DNA of 64,000 bases from Candidatus Woesearchaeota archaeon (GTDB lineage: Archaea; Nanobdellota; Nanobdellia; Woesearchaeales; UBA583), in NCBI GenBank assembly GCA_965205335.1, contig OZ242164.1:608001-672000 (forward strand), read 5' to 3'. Position 1 is the first letter of the stretch, and each line of letters starts with the position of its first letter. Position numbers and translations under genes: made by a program. Of the stretch, positions 29,529-40,862 are shown piece after piece. Below the pieces are notes generated by a model. The model worked only from the letters and a program-made list of their open reading frames with translations. It was not told the origin of the DNA and did no database searches.

Positions 29529-32500
29529 ATGCATGATGTTAAGAATTTAATTCTAAATTTAGAATCCGATTTAGATGAATTGGAAAAAATAGTCAAGGAG
29601 AAATTAAACCTTTTAACTCAAGTATTCAACACTGATGACTCGGATGTTTTTCTGTCTCTGATAACCAAAGTAAGAGAAATTACAAGCAAAAGAGAATTTG
29701 AAGTTATAAAAGATGGTATAACAGATTTTAATACATTAAAGAATTATTTAACTGCCGACGTTTCATCTAAGCATCTGAAATTAATCAAAGTTCTTCAAAC
29801 AAGGCTCTCAGAATTAAAAGAACTTTTTGAGAATGAAGTATCTCATGAAAATGCTGAACAAAACAAACAAGTAATCATTAGGGAAGTGAGAATCTTAAGA
29901 AATGAATTAGACTTAATACATGATGAAAAAGGCAATCTGAATGAATTAGTTAAATATTTCAATCTACCAACTTCACAAAGAGGAGAAATTTCTGAGGCAG
30001 AACTCAAAGAAAGAGAGTCTTATTTAATAAAATTAGAACTGCCATTAGATAAACTCACTAAATCTCAAATAAATTTTCTGTGTAAGAATGTTTTTGACGT
30101 ATATGCATTAGGGAAGCAAGCAGGAAAAAATGCAGAGGATTTCTATGGATACAGTATTCCTGCAATAGTGAGTTGCATAGAGAAATATCCTGATTTATGG
30201 CCTAAAATAGGGTATGAATTGGTGGAAATGGGGGAAAAGGCAAGAAAAAATGCAAGGTATTTGTATAGAGAAGGAATTCCTGCAATAATGAGTTGTATAG
30301 AAAAATATCCTGATTTATGGCCTAAAATAGGGTATGAATTGGTGGATATGGGAAAAAGGGCAAGAAAAAATGCAAGGTATTTGTATAGAGAAGGAATTCC
30401 TGCAATAGTGAGTTACATAGAAAAACATCCTGATTTATGGCCTAAAATTAGATATGAATTGGTGAAAGTAGGAAAGAAAGCAGGAAAAAATGCAGAGGAT
30501 TTTTATGGATACGGTATTCCCGCAATAATGAGTTGCATAGAAAAATATCCTGATTCATGGCCTAAAATAGGATATGAATTGATGGAAATGGGAAAACAGG
30601 CAGGAAAAAATGCATGGGATTTTTATAAATATGGAGTTCCCGCAATAATGAGTTGCATAGAAAAATATCCTGATTCATGGCCTAAAATTAGATATGAATT
30701 GGTGGAAGTAGGAAAGAAAGTAGGAAAAAATGCAGAGGATTTTTATGGATACGGTATTCCCGCAATAATGAGTTGCATAGAAAAATATCCAGATTTATGG
30801 CCTAAAATAGGGTATGAATTGGTGGATATGGGAAAAAGGGCAAGAAAAAATGCAAGGTATTTTTATGAACATGGAATTTCTGCAATAGTGAGTTACATAG
30901 AAAAATATCCTGATTCATGGCCTAAAATTAGATATGAATTGGTGGATATGGGAAAAAATGCAGAGGATTTTTATGGATACGGTATTCCCGCAATAATGAG
31001 TTGCATGGAAAAATATCCTGATTTATGGCCTAAAATAGGGTATGAATTGGTGGATATGGGAAAACAGACAGGAAAAAATGTAAGGGATTTTTATGAACAT
31101 AGAGTTCCCGCAATAATGAGTTGCATGGAAAAATATCCTGATTTATGGCCCAAAATAGGGTATGAATTGGTGGATATGGGAAAACAGGCAGGAAAAAATG
31201 TAAGGGATTTTTATGAACATGGAGTTCCCGCAATAATGAGTTGCATGGAAAAATATCCTGATTTATGGCCTAAAATAGGGTATGAATTAGTGGATGTGGG
31301 AAAACCGGCAGGAAAAAATGTAAGGGATTTGTATAAATATGGAATTCCTGCAATATTTCCATTTACTAATATAGAAAACCTTAGTTTGATTTTTAGATTC
31401 ATAAAAAACCAAATCCAAGGCTCAAGGAAGAAAATAAAGATTTTATCAAATCTGTCTAAATTCTCTAACTCAGAAGATATAAAATATGTAATCTGGCACT
31501 ATTTAGAATACAAACAAAAATCCCTTTTAGATTTCATATCCAATATCAACTTAGTTACTGAAATAAACTTAATAATAGACTTAAACTGGATATCTTCAAT
31601 TGCAAAGCCACTTAAGTATATGTCTCAAGAAGAAAGAGACTTTATATTCTCAGAAAATCCGAAAACAGGCAATAAATTAATTGAAGATTATTACCTCAAA
31701 CTCTTAGAATTAAATAATAGTTATCCTGATAAGAAAAGAGCCTCCTTTACACGAGCACTATCACAAATTAAAGATATAAAAAACATACCTACTGGTTCTC
31801 TTAACAATTTACAAGAAGTATTCGCAAAAGAACTCATAAATTATTTTGATAATATGCTAAACAGAAAAATTAAAATTAAAATTGGAAATGAATTTGGAAA
31901 AATTGAAATAGACGAAGAAGAACTAAGATCCGAAATTTTCATTGAGGTATATAAGATGTATTTCTCAACGAGCAAAAATAGAGATTATGCTAAGGAACTT
32001 CTTACAGAATACACACATAAAAATTGTTATCCTCACAAATCAAATAAGATATTAAATTGTTACCCATATACTAAGGATAAAAATAAAACTTGGATAGAAG
32101 AGACATTCAGTAATGAACAGAGGGAGATTTGGTTTTCTGAGAACAAAAGAGTGATTACTATTCAAAATTATCAGAATAATAGTTCAACCAACACTTCTGA
32201 GAGGATTTCACACCACTTAAATGATGCCAACTCCATACTTGAAAAATTAGGGTTTGATACATGCACTGATGCAGGAAACCTTATCAATTATTTTAATTCT
32301 ATTGTTAAAAAGAAAGAAAGTGAGATACATGGAAATTTGTTTAATGATTTGAAATTGCAAGTTAATTCAATTTTGAAATTGGTGAGAGATAGAAAAGCCG
32401 TAAAGATTGATGAAATTACAATATACAGAGAACTCAATCCCCTTCGTGTTTTAATGATGGGAAATTGGGTGGTTGGCTCTTGTCTTAGTTATTACAGCAA

Positions 32501-32807
32501 CGCTAAAAATTACTGGTCCTGTTTTACAAATGCCCTTGAAGCAAATAAGGCAGTTTTCTATATAGAATCAGAAAATAGGATTATTGGAAGAGTTTTAGTT
32601 GCAATTGATAATCACAAGAATATAGTTAGATTTCCCCTGTACTATAGTGGAAATATCATAGTTGATTTAAATCCTTATTTTGATGCATATATTACAGATT
32701 TGGCGAAAAAGTGTAGCTTGGGAATTAATGGAAACGTGAGCAATGTCAAATTGTTGTTTTGTGATGAATGGTACTCAGACCTAGAAAGACAAATATATAA
32801 TCTTTGA
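29529..32807 (+). CDS. 1092-aa protein: coiled-coil N-terminus, 40-aa tandem repeats, PcfJ/GNAT-like C-terminal domain
   Basis: Repeat array seen directly; C-terminal LMMGN..GSCL...NALEANK.VFYI..IIGR resembles PcfJ-like domains (from recall). Confidence 0.8.
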   Translation: MHDVKNLILNLESDLDELEKIVKEKLNLLTQVFNTDDSDVFLSLITKVREITSKREFEVIKDGITDFNTLKNYLTADVSSKHLKLIKVLQTRLSELKELFENEVSHENAEQNKQVIIREVRILRNELDLIHDEKGNLNELVKYFNLPTSQRGEISEAELKERESYLIKLELPLDKLTKSQINFLCKNVFDVYALGKQAGKNAEDFYGYSIPAIVSCIEKYPDLWPKIGYELVEMGEKARKNARYLYREGIPAIMSCIEKYPDLWPKIGYELVDMGKRARKNARYLYREGIPAIVSYIEKHPDLWPKIRYELVKVGKKAGKNAEDFYGYGIPAIMSCIEKYPDSWPKIGYELMEMGKQAGKNAWDFYKYGVPAIMSCIEKYPDSWPKIRYELVEVGKKVGKNAEDFYGYGIPAIMSCIEKYPDLWPKIGYELVDMGKRARKNARYFYEHGISAIVSYIEKYPDSWPKIRYELVDMGKNAEDFYGYGIPAIMSCMEKYPDLWPKIGYELVDMGKQTGKNVRDFYEHRVPAIMSCMEKYPDLWPKIGYELVDMGKQAGKNVRDFYEHGVPAIMSCMEKYPDLWPKIGYELVDVGKPAGKNVRDLYKYGIPAIFPFTNIENLSLIFRFIKNQIQGSRKKIKILSNLSKFSNSEDIKYVIWHYLEYKQKSLLDFISNINLVTEINLIIDLNWISSIAKPLKYMSQEERDFIFSENPKTGNKLIEDYYLKLLELNNSYPDKKRASFTRALSQIKDIKNIPTGSLNNLQEVFAKELINYFDNMLNRKIKIKIGNEFGKIEIDEEELRSEIFIEVYKMYFSTSKNRDYAKELLTEYTHKNCYPHKSNKILNCYPYTKDKNKTWIEETFSNEQREIWFSENKRVITIQNYQNNSSTNTSERISHHLNDANSILEKLGFDTCTDAGNLINYFNSIVKKKESEIHGNLFNDLKLQVNSILKLVRDRKAVKIDEITIYRELNPLRVLMMGNWVVGSCLSYYSNAKNYWSCFTNALEANKAVFYIESENRIIGRVLVAIDNHKNIVRFPLYYSGNIIVDLNPYFDAYITDLAKKCSLGINGNVSNVKLLFCDEWYSDLERQIYNL
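30111..31355 (+). repeat. About 10.5 tandem 120-bp coding repeats, one with a 12-bp deletion
   Basis: AAATATCCTGATTTATGGCCTAAAATAGGGTATGAATTGG recurs every 120 bp. Confidence 0.97.
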
Positions 32808-32935
32808 AAATTTGGTAGTGTTCAAAAATTTAATTTACAAATCCTTCAATTATATAAATAACAAAATTACACTTAAAAAAGAACTTTTTAACAAGAAATA
32901 AATCCCCTTAAATCACTAAACACCCTAACTTTTTC

Positions 32936-34858
32936 CTACATTAACTTCTTTAATATTTGAGAAACCAATCTCCCATCAACTGTTCCATTAAATGCCTGCA
33001 TACATTTTCCCATAAGAGCTCCAAAAGGTGCTCCTTTATTATCATCAACTATCTTCCTAATCTTCTCCTCAACTTCTTTCACATCAACACTCTTAACTAA
33101 CAAATCTTTCTTTTCCAAATACTCCTTTAAATTATCAACCTCTGACTTCTTATCCTTATACAAACTTAAAAAAATATCCCTTACTGCCTTTTGATTTAGA
33201 TTATTATCTCTTACTTCCTTTAACAAATCCAAAAGAAGTTCATACTTAAAATCCACAGGCTCAACTCCATCCCTCTTCCTAATATCCTTTGGAATATCAA
33301 ACAAAATTGAATAAAGTGCAGATGCAGACTTCTCTGAAACCTTTAACAACTTATCTACTTCACTCTCAGAATACCTATCAAGAACCTGTGCAACTTTCGA
33401 ACACTCTAAATTCCAATCGTTCTCAATCCTCTTTAACCTCTCACTATACAACTGAGGAACTTCCACACTACTAAGAATATCTGAACTTAACTCAACCTCA
33501 ACAATATCTGTTTCTGGATACATTCTGGCAGCGCCAGGCATAGGTCTTAAAAAATTAGTCACTGTTCCCTTTGAATCCACCCACCTTACCTCACTTGGAA
33601 CTTCCGATATAAGTTCACATATAACTCTCAAAACATTTCTAATACTTTCCTTTGCCAAATCAGAATCATTACTTGCAATCAAAATAAAAGAATCCTTCCC
33701 CTTAATCCCTAGCAATTTTCCAACCTCATTAACTTCTCTTTGCCCAATTCCATAATTAGGCAATTCATCCAAATGAAAAAGCCCTTTAATCTGAGGAAAA
33801 TGCTTCTTATTCCTATCTGAGATTTCCGTTGCGAACCTATAATTCTTTTGCATTTCATGTTTTAAAATACCCCTAAAACCAAACAACTTAATCGCAAAAA
33901 CCTTTGAACCATTTTCCCTTAAATTCTCCCTAATAACCTTAGATTTGCTCTTATCAAAAACTCCTGTTACATCATATATCTTCTTATCTGAAAAATTATG
34001 AGAATTAATTCCTCTATCTCTTAACTCATCAATTATTGAAAGATGAATTTTCTGTCTTCGGACCTCATCACTAATTATATCAGGAATTAACTTCAAGTTC
34101 TGTGCTCCCTTAATCTCAACCCTTGCACCTCCCTTTATTGAAACATTCAAATCCTGCCTTATGGTTCCAAGCCCTCTCTTTACTCTATCAAACGACCTTA
34201 AAACATCCCCAATATGTTTAGCCGCCTCAAAAGCCTGACTTGGGCTATAAATCTGTGGTGCTGTTGTTATCTCAATAAGAGGAATTCCCTGCCTGTCCAG
34301 TGAAAACACACTATGGGCTTCATCTCTCTCAATCACCCTGCATGAATCCTCCTCCAAACTAATTGCATCTATTCCAACACTTCCATCTTTCGTTTCAAAC
34401 TCTCCACCCAATCCAAGAAGTGCTGTTCTCTGAAAACCCGAAGTCACACTCCCATCAACAATTAACTTTCTCATAAAAACAAGTTTATCAAAAAACTTAA
34501 GATTAAACATCTTTGAAACTCCTATTGCAGTTTTCAATGCGCCACAATTAGGACCTTTTGGTGGCTCTTCATCCAAATCAACCAGACATGCATTTACATC
34601 ATTATACTTGTACAAATTATATTTCCCTTTCTTAAACTCCTCAAGAGCCGCCTTATCAACTCCTCCCAACTCTCCCAAAGAAAACCTTAAATTTCTTAAA
34701 ACTTCCTTATCTAATTTCTCATTTGAAACTATTTGCGAAGGGCATTTGCAAAACAATTTCCCAGTATCTAACTGTTGGTGAATTTCAAGCCCGCAAATCA
34801 AACCAAGTTTCTTATAATCCAATTTACTAAGAGTATCCCTTGAAATTAATTTACTCAT
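32936..34858 (-). CDS. gatE: Glu-tRNA(Gln) amidotransferase subunit E
   Basis: GLEIHQQL, DGSVTSGFQRT, LDRQGIPLIEI, GLGTIRQD, RPMPGAARMYPETD. Confidence 0.97.
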   Translation of the reverse strand: MSKLISRDTLSKLDYKKLGLICGLEIHQQLDTGKLFCKCPSQIVSNEKLDKEVLRNLRFSLGELGGVDKAALEEFKKGKYNLYKYNDVNACLVDLDEEPPKGPNCGALKTAIGVSKMFNLKFFDKLVFMRKLIVDGSVTSGFQRTALLGLGGEFETKDGSVGIDAISLEEDSCRVIERDEAHSVFSLDRQGIPLIEITTAPQIYSPSQAFEAAKHIGDVLRSFDRVKRGLGTIRQDLNVSIKGGARVEIKGAQNLKLIPDIISDEVRRQKIHLSIIDELRDRGINSHNFSDKKIYDVTGVFDKSKSKVIRENLRENGSKVFAIKLFGFRGILKHEMQKNYRFATEISDRNKKHFPQIKGLFHLDELPNYGIGQREVNEVGKLLGIKGKDSFILIASNDSDLAKESIRNVLRVICELISEVPSEVRWVDSKGTVTNFLRPMPGAARMYPETDIVEVELSSDILSSVEVPQLYSERLKRIENDWNLECSKVAQVLDRYSESEVDKLLKVSEKSASALYSILFDIPKDIRKRDGVEPVDFKYELLLDLLKEVRDNNLNQKAVRDIFLSLYKDKKSEVDNLKEYLEKKDLLVKSVDVKEVEEKIRKIVDDNKGAPFGALMGKCMQAFNGTVDGRLVSQILKKLM

Positions 34859-35041
34859 AAAATAACTCAGAGAAGATTGTTTTTAAATATTTGTCATACA
34901 CAATATCCAAAATATCCTTAACAAAACGCAATATTGAGACTTAAATTTAAGAAGACTACTTGCAAAAAAGATAGCAGAAATGAGAAAGTAAAAAAATTTA
35001 TAAATTACTCTCCCTCATCTTATATTATAATTTTGTGAAGG

Positions 35042-35488
35042 ATGAAAATAATAATGCTACTTCTACTATTAATTATTCTATCTGGTTGTAGTACAGAAAA
35101 TAATGATTACAATAAGTTCATATATGATGAAAATTATTATAACAAAAATATCAATATTAATGGAGAAGTAAAATTATATAAAGATGAATTTTATTACATA
35201 GGAGATAAAAATAATGTTAAAATTAAGTTAATTGAATGCTCCGACAAATATAATTTAATCTTGGGTGAACATATAGAGATAAATGGATACTTATTAAAAG
35301 AAGGGAATAAAATTAGTTTCGCCTGCAAATCATATAGGAGTTCAATTCAAGACTTAACTTCCGAAGTAGATAAATTAAACTATCAAATGATTAAGATAAA
35401 AGAAGAATTAGAAAGAACTATAGCCTCAAAACAAAATGAAGTAAACTCAATAGAACAAGAATTAGAAAGAATTAAGACCTCAAAATAA
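35042..35488 (+). CDS. Lipoprotein-like protein with coiled-coil tail, probably truncated by a premature stop
   Basis: ILSGC lipobox; the frame continues after the TAA to 35596. Confidence 0.7.
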   Translation: MKIIMLLLLLIILSGCSTENNDYNKFIYDENYYNKNININGEVKLYKDEFYYIGDKNNVKIKLIECSDKYNLILGEHIEINGYLLKEGNKISFACKSYRSSIQDLTSEVDKLNYQMIKIKEELERTIASKQNEVNSIEQELERIKTSK

Positions 35489-35618
35489 AATAAAATAAAT
35501 TCATTAGATAGTCAAATTTCAACTAAAAAAGAAGAATTAAATAGATTAACTTTTAAAAAATTTGCAATCAAAAAAACAACAAGTTTAGGAACATAATAAC
35601 TTCTTATATTCCTGCTCT

Positions 35619-35933
35619 TTAAATCAATTTAATTTCCAAGTTGAGACCACTTGGAATATGAACTTTCATAATAAGCCTTAAAACTCTTTCATTAATTTCC
35701 ACATCAATAAGCCTCTTATGAATTCTCATCTGGTATCTCTCAAATGATGCCTTTCCCTCTCCGTCAGGAGACTTTCTGGTTGTTACTTTAAACTTCTTAG
35801 TTGGCATGGGAATAGGACCTCTAAGACTAACTCCCAATTTATCAGAAATATTTATAACCTCTTCAACAAACTCATTAACCTTCCTAATATCATCACAAAC
35901 CAACTTAATCCTAGCTTTACTCATTTTCACCAA
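35619..35933 (-). CDS. rps10: 30S ribosomal protein uS10
   Basis: GPIPMPTK, TTRKSPDGEG, MRIHKRLID. Confidence 0.97.
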   Translation of the reverse strand: MVKMSKARIKLVCDDIRKVNEFVEEVINISDKLGVSLRGPIPMPTKKFKVTTRKSPDGEGKASFERYQMRIHKRLIDVEINERVLRLIMKVHIPSGLNLEIKLI

Positions 35934-35936
35934 ATA

Positions 35937-37205
35937 TTAAAACTTAAGTTCCTTCTTAACCACTTCAGTACATTGGCCAGCAGCAACAGTTTTACCCGAA
36001 TCTCTGATAGCAAATCTTGCCAAGTGAGGAATTGAATCCTTAGTCTCAGCAACTACTGCTTTCAAAGGCGAGAACTTAACAATTGCGGCATCCCCACTTC
36101 TAATGAAATCAGGATTCTCCGCCATATCACCATTAACCTTCTTAACAATCTGTGTAACCCTGCAAGAAACCTGAGCAGTATGAATATGAAACACAGGGGA
36201 ATAACCAACAGTAATAACACTTGGATGATTTAATACAAAAATCTGTCCTGTAAACTCACTGGCTAATGTTGGAGGATTGTCAACAGGACCTAAAACATCC
36301 CCTCTTGCAATATCCCCTTTCTCATAACCCTTAACAGAGAAACCAACATTAAAACCAGGTAGAGCCTCAGGTATTTTCTCATGATGCATTTCAATATCCT
36401 TAACCTCACCTGCCATACCTGTTCCAGTTTTTGCAGGAACAACCACACACTTTGTATTTGACTTCATAACACCAGTTTCAACTCTGCCAACAGGCACAAC
36501 ACCAATTCCTTTAATTGTATAAACATCCTGAATAGGAACTCTTAAGGGTAATTCTGTTGGCTTTTCAGCAATTTCAAAACCATCAAGTAACTCCAAAAGT
36601 GACCCATCTTTCCACCATGACATCTTATCTGATGCATTAACAACATTATCTCCTGATAATGATGCAATTGGAACAAACCTAACAGACTTAAAACCTAAAC
36701 CTCCAAGCAGAGTTTCAACTTCCTTTCTAACTTCTTCAAATCTGGCTTGGGAGTAATCCTTCATATCCATTTTATTAACTGCAACAATTAACTGATCAAT
36801 ACCAAATGTCTTAGACAAATAAGCATGCTCTTTTGTTTGTTCATTAACACCATCAGTTGCCGCAACAACCAAAACAGCAGCATCTGCTTGAGATACACCT
36901 GTAATCATATTCTTAATAAAATCAGAGTGGCCGGGAGCATCAATAATTGTGAAATCATACTTATCTGATTCAAACTTCTTATGCGAAAGATCAATAGTAA
37001 CTCCTCTCTCTCTCTCTTCCTTTAAAGTATCCATTGTATACGCGAACTCAAATCCAACCTTACCATTAGCGGCTGCCTCTTCTCTTAACTTTCTCATAGT
37101 TTGCTCATCAATACCACCAGCATCGAAAAGTAACCTTCCTACTGTAGTCGATTTACCATGGTCTACATGACCAATAAATACTACATTAAAATGTTCTTTT
37201 ACCAT
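35937..37205 (-). CDS. tuf: Translation elongation factor aEF-1alpha
   Basis: [32 protein letters not shown]. Confidence 0.98.
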   Translation of the reverse strand: MVKEHFNVVFIGHVDHGKSTTVGRLLFDAGGIDEQTMRKLREEAAANGKVGFEFAYTMDTLKEERERGVTIDLSHKKFESDKYDFTIIDAPGHSDFIKNMITGVSQADAAVLVVAATDGVNEQTKEHAYLSKTFGIDQLIVAVNKMDMKDYSQARFEEVRKEVETLLGGLGFKSVRFVPIASLSGDNVVNASDKMSWWKDGSLLELLDGFEIAEKPTELPLRVPIQDVYTIKGIGVVPVGRVETGVMKSNTKCVVVPAKTGTGMAGEVKDIEMHHEKIPEALPGFNVGFSVKGYEKGDIARGDVLGPVDNPPTLASEFTGQIFVLNHPSVITVGYSPVFHIHTAQVSCRVTQIVKKVNGDMAENPDFIRSGDAAIVKFSPLKAVVAETKDSIPHLARFAIRDSGKTVAAGQCTEVVKKELKF

Positions 37206-37507
37206 TTTTAAATTTCAATCTCATATTACCAGAGAGATACTCTGTACACATAAAAAGTAACTATAAAGGTTTTATAAACGTTTCCATATACTAAACTCCT
37301 GAGCCAAAGACATCAAGAATATCTTTTTACACTTAAAAATTAACTCAGAATTATTTCTTATATAACAAACACAACAAAACAGAACATAAGAAAAAATAAC
37401 ACATTACCTGTCACTATTCAAACTCTTAAAAAGTACATTTACAAAAACTAAATCTAAAAAAAACCAACACCAACTTAATTAATCCAAACAACTCATTATC
37501 ATTTCAT

Positions 37508-39682
37508 TCAAAGACCAGCAAGAACCCTTGAGCCAACAAGAGTAAACAAAGAAACTCCCAGAGCTACAATAATTGCATACTTAGTCATTCCCTTAATCAA
37601 CTTATCTCCAATACTATGCTTAACTAAAACAATATCCTCACCCTCCTCCAAACTAACAACCATGTAGACAAGAATTGCAATAAGTATTACAATATAAAGT
37701 CCTACAACACTCTGAAACAAATAAGTTGGAATACTCTCTCCTAAAAAAGTTGAAATCTCTCCTGAACTCTGCGAAGACGCAGAAAGTTCAGAAGTCTTAT
37801 CCGATAAAATTCCCATAATCATTGTAACAAGTGAAACAATTGAAATAACAACACCTGATATCAAAGGTGCTAAAAAACTTGCCTGCCCCTTCATTGAACC
37901 GATAGGTTCTGCAAGCAAATCCTTTAACCTCTCATTACTCATATGAATCTCAGATAAATACCGAGACAAATCAATTAAAGTCTTTGCCGCAATTTGGGGA
38001 CCCTTTTCATTTGCCTTGATAAAGATCTTCATTGAAGAAATAATAAGTTCAGACGGATAAATATTAATTGCTCCTTTTTGCGAGTCAAAAATTGCCTGTT
38101 CAACACTCAAACCATTAAACTTGATATTTGTATCAATCTCAGAAAAAAAAACACCTGTCTCTGTACCTTTCATAGTATCCGCTACTGCTCCAAAAGCAAG
38201 TTCAGCTGAAATCCCCTCATTAACCCTACTCCCCAACTGAAATGTTGCTGATGCAAACTCAATCTCAAGTTTCTTAGTCTTATCACGAATATGAATGAGA
38301 TTTCTATACTTTCCCCTCAAATAATATCCTATTCCAAACGCAAAAGAAAGAGGAATAAACAAACTCAAAAGCCCTGGATACACACCATATGGACCATAAA
38401 TATAATCCCCATTAATATCCTTATAAGCCTGAAAAGTTCCAAATGGACTATTAGTATTGCCAAACACACTTCCAACAAAACTATTTACCTGTGCATCTAA
38501 ACCAACCCCATGAATAATTAAAGGAATCAAACCAATAAAAAAGAACAATAAAAAAATAACTATGGCCGGAATCTTTGGCGAAACATAAATCTTTTTATTC
38601 TTCGAAATCTTAATAGGAATCTGAGTTAACTCCTTTAAATTTAGTTTACTGGGCATCTTAACAGAATTAACTCCTGCTGGCCTGTTAAAAATAATTACAA
38701 GTGCAAAATACATAACAGCAACAGGAATAATTATATTATACAACAAAAACACAAATTCCCATGTAGATTTAGGGTCACCAAATGACGCTGCAAGAGGTAA
38801 AATAATCAAACCTAAAATAGGCAAAACAACCCCTATCATATTAAACGCTCCAACACGTCCTCTCAAGTCCTGAGCAAAATGAAGCATTTTCTCATACGAA
38901 CCTCTAAGTATCGTATCAAGAGACTTGTCAAGAAGAGAAATCCTTCTAAAATCCTCAGACTCAAAAAGAGAACTCTCAATCAAATAAATTGCTTCTAAGA
39001 ACTCAAGATTTTCATCTCTCCAATCCTCAAGATATTTATCATATGCAACCTTAATATTTGGATACTTTGCGTTCTCAAGATCCCATAAAATTCTCTTAAA
39101 ATCCAAAGACAAAGGACCACTTAGATAATTTGCTGCAAACTGGGTTGCAAGCTCTAAATTTGAATTAAACCTCATAAAAGCCACAATATAGAAAACTGCT
39201 ATAATGACCTCATCATTTGCTTTCGCCCTAAATCTCTTCTTTAAAAGGGCAGGAATTCCCTGAATAATAAAATAAGTTGCAAGCCCGATTAAAACAATAC
39301 CCACACCAATTGTTCTAATCCCTAAGATAAACAAACCCAACCCAAACATTATTACAAGCACAGATGAAAGCATTGCAAACGACATAACCCCACTTGGAGT
39401 ACAGTTCACATGGGCAGCAAACAAAAGTTCATTTAACCTCCTTTCAGTCTTATCATCAGCTTTAAGATTAACAACTTTTTGCGAAAAATTACATGCCCTC
39501 TCAAAATAATTCATAGACTTGGGAAGAGATTCAAGTCTGAATTTAATATAATCAATTGAACCCATATCATCATAAAAAGAACCTGATAATTCCTTTAAGT
39601 TTTTATCATCCAAACGTTTTTTCAACTTCTCTTCAAAACGTCTCAAGAAAATCTCTTTATCATCCATATCTTTTTTGTCCAT
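37508..39682 (-). CDS. Type IV pilus/T2SS membrane platform protein (TadC/ArlJ-like, two T2SSF domains)
   Basis: Polytopic with two helical domains (GPLSLDFKRILWD; FQLGSRVNEGISAELA). Confidence 0.75.
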   Translation of the reverse strand: MDKKDMDDKEIFLRRFEEKLKKRLDDKNLKELSGSFYDDMGSIDYIKFRLESLPKSMNYFERACNFSQKVVNLKADDKTERRLNELLFAAHVNCTPSGVMSFAMLSSVLVIMFGLGLFILGIRTIGVGIVLIGLATYFIIQGIPALLKKRFRAKANDEVIIAVFYIVAFMRFNSNLELATQFAANYLSGPLSLDFKRILWDLENAKYPNIKVAYDKYLEDWRDENLEFLEAIYLIESSLFESEDFRRISLLDKSLDTILRGSYEKMLHFAQDLRGRVGAFNMIGVVLPILGLIILPLAASFGDPKSTWEFVFLLYNIIIPVAVMYFALVIIFNRPAGVNSVKMPSKLNLKELTQIPIKISKNKKIYVSPKIPAIVIFLLFFFIGLIPLIIHGVGLDAQVNSFVGSVFGNTNSPFGTFQAYKDINGDYIYGPYGVYPGLLSLFIPLSFAFGIGYYLRGKYRNLIHIRDKTKKLEIEFASATFQLGSRVNEGISAELAFGAVADTMKGTETGVFFSEIDTNIKFNGLSVEQAIFDSQKGAINIYPSELIISSMKIFIKANEKGPQIAAKTLIDLSRYLSEIHMSNERLKDLLAEPIGSMKGQASFLAPLISGVVISIVSLVTMIMGILSDKTSELSASSQSSGEISTFLGESIPTYLFQSVVGLYIVILIAILVYMVVSLEEGEDIVLVKHSIGDKLIKGMTKYAIIVALGVSLFTLVGSRVLAGL

Positions 39683-39909
39683 AGAATAAGAATCCCTCAC
39701 ATCCTAAGATTATAAAATTATCATACTATTTAATAGCAGTAATACAAACTCGCAAAAACCCTCATTTCTAAACCTCTATCACAACTTCCACCCCTATTTT
39801 ATATCTAATATTTCTATCCCACCTAAATATTCATACAATTTTCAACCGCATAATCACCCTAATTAATTCAAAGGATTAACTTTATATATTCTAATAATTA
39901 CAATCATAT

Positions 39910-40236
39910 ATGGAAGAATTATCAAAAAAGAAATGTGTTCCATGTGAAGGTGGCGTAGAGCCATTAGACAAAGATAGAATTAACCAACTTAGAAAACAAA
40001 TCAAGAATTGGGAAGTATATAAGAATCATCATATATTCAAAAAATTTAAATTTGCAGATTTCAATTCCGCTCTTGATTTCATAAACAAGATAGCACCAAT
40101 TTGCGATAAGGAAAACCACCATCCAAACATAGAATTCTCTTGGGGTTATGTTATAATTACAATTTACACTCATGCCATAGACGGATTATCAGAGAATGAT
40201 TTTATATTAGCAAGTAAAATAGATAAAATTTCATAG
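39910..40236 (+). CDS. phhB: Pterin-4a-carbinolamine dehydratase
   Basis: CVPCEGG, NHHPNI, THAIDGLSENDFILA. Confidence 0.95.
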   Translation: MEELSKKKCVPCEGGVEPLDKDRINQLRKQIKNWEVYKNHHIFKKFKFADFNSALDFINKIAPICDKENHHPNIEFSWGYVIITIYTHAIDGLSENDFILASKIDKIS

Positions 40237-40424
40237 AAAAGATTACATTTTCATATCTACAAAAAATCATTGCCTAAAAAACTATCTATTAATATGAATT
40301 AGTACCATCTATAATGAGTTAGATGATATACAAGAATATAGAGGATAATGAAATTTTATCGTGTATTTCAATAATAAGAGATTTTAGTTCTAATAAGACA
40401 ATTGAGATAAGATTGGCTCTGTGA

Positions 40425-40862
40425 TTATTTTAACAGAAAATCCCCTTTCTCATATTCATTGTGTACTTTTTTCAAACAGTCAATAATGTAATCAATTTCT
40501 TGTTTTGTGTTGTAAAAACTTAGGCTTATTCTTGAAGTTCTACTAACTCCTAAGAGTTTTGCAAGGGGCATGGCGCAATGATGTCCTCCTCTGATTGCTA
40601 TGCCAAATTTGTTTAAGGTAGCACAAACATCGTGGGAGTGAATTCCTTTAATTTCAAAAGAGAAAATGGGAAATCGGTTTTTAGAAGATTTAGAACCATA
40701 GAGAGTTAATCCTTCAACTTCGTTAATCCTTTTAAGAAAATGTTTGGTTAAAATTTTCTCATATTTCTCAATGTCAGATAGTCCGATTTTGTTTAGGTAA
40801 TCAATTGCGGATCTAAGTCCAATAACTCCGCAAATGTTATGTGTTCCTGCTTCTAAAATCTT
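40425..40862 (-). pseudogene. sufS: 3' fragment of a SufS-type cysteine desulfurase
   Basis: EAGTHNI, HSHDV, IRGGHHCAMPL, RISLSFYNT present; the N-terminal PLP-binding part is absent. Confidence 0.85.

Noticed and set aside
30111-31355. Possible CRISPR array
   Set aside because: Units are 120-bp in-frame coding repeats without unique spacers, and no cas genes are present.
32818-32825. GTGTTCAA just after the 1092-aa gene as a cassette boundary
   Set aside because: No matching copy or TIR upstream of the gene, and the 8-mer also occurs by chance within coding regions.
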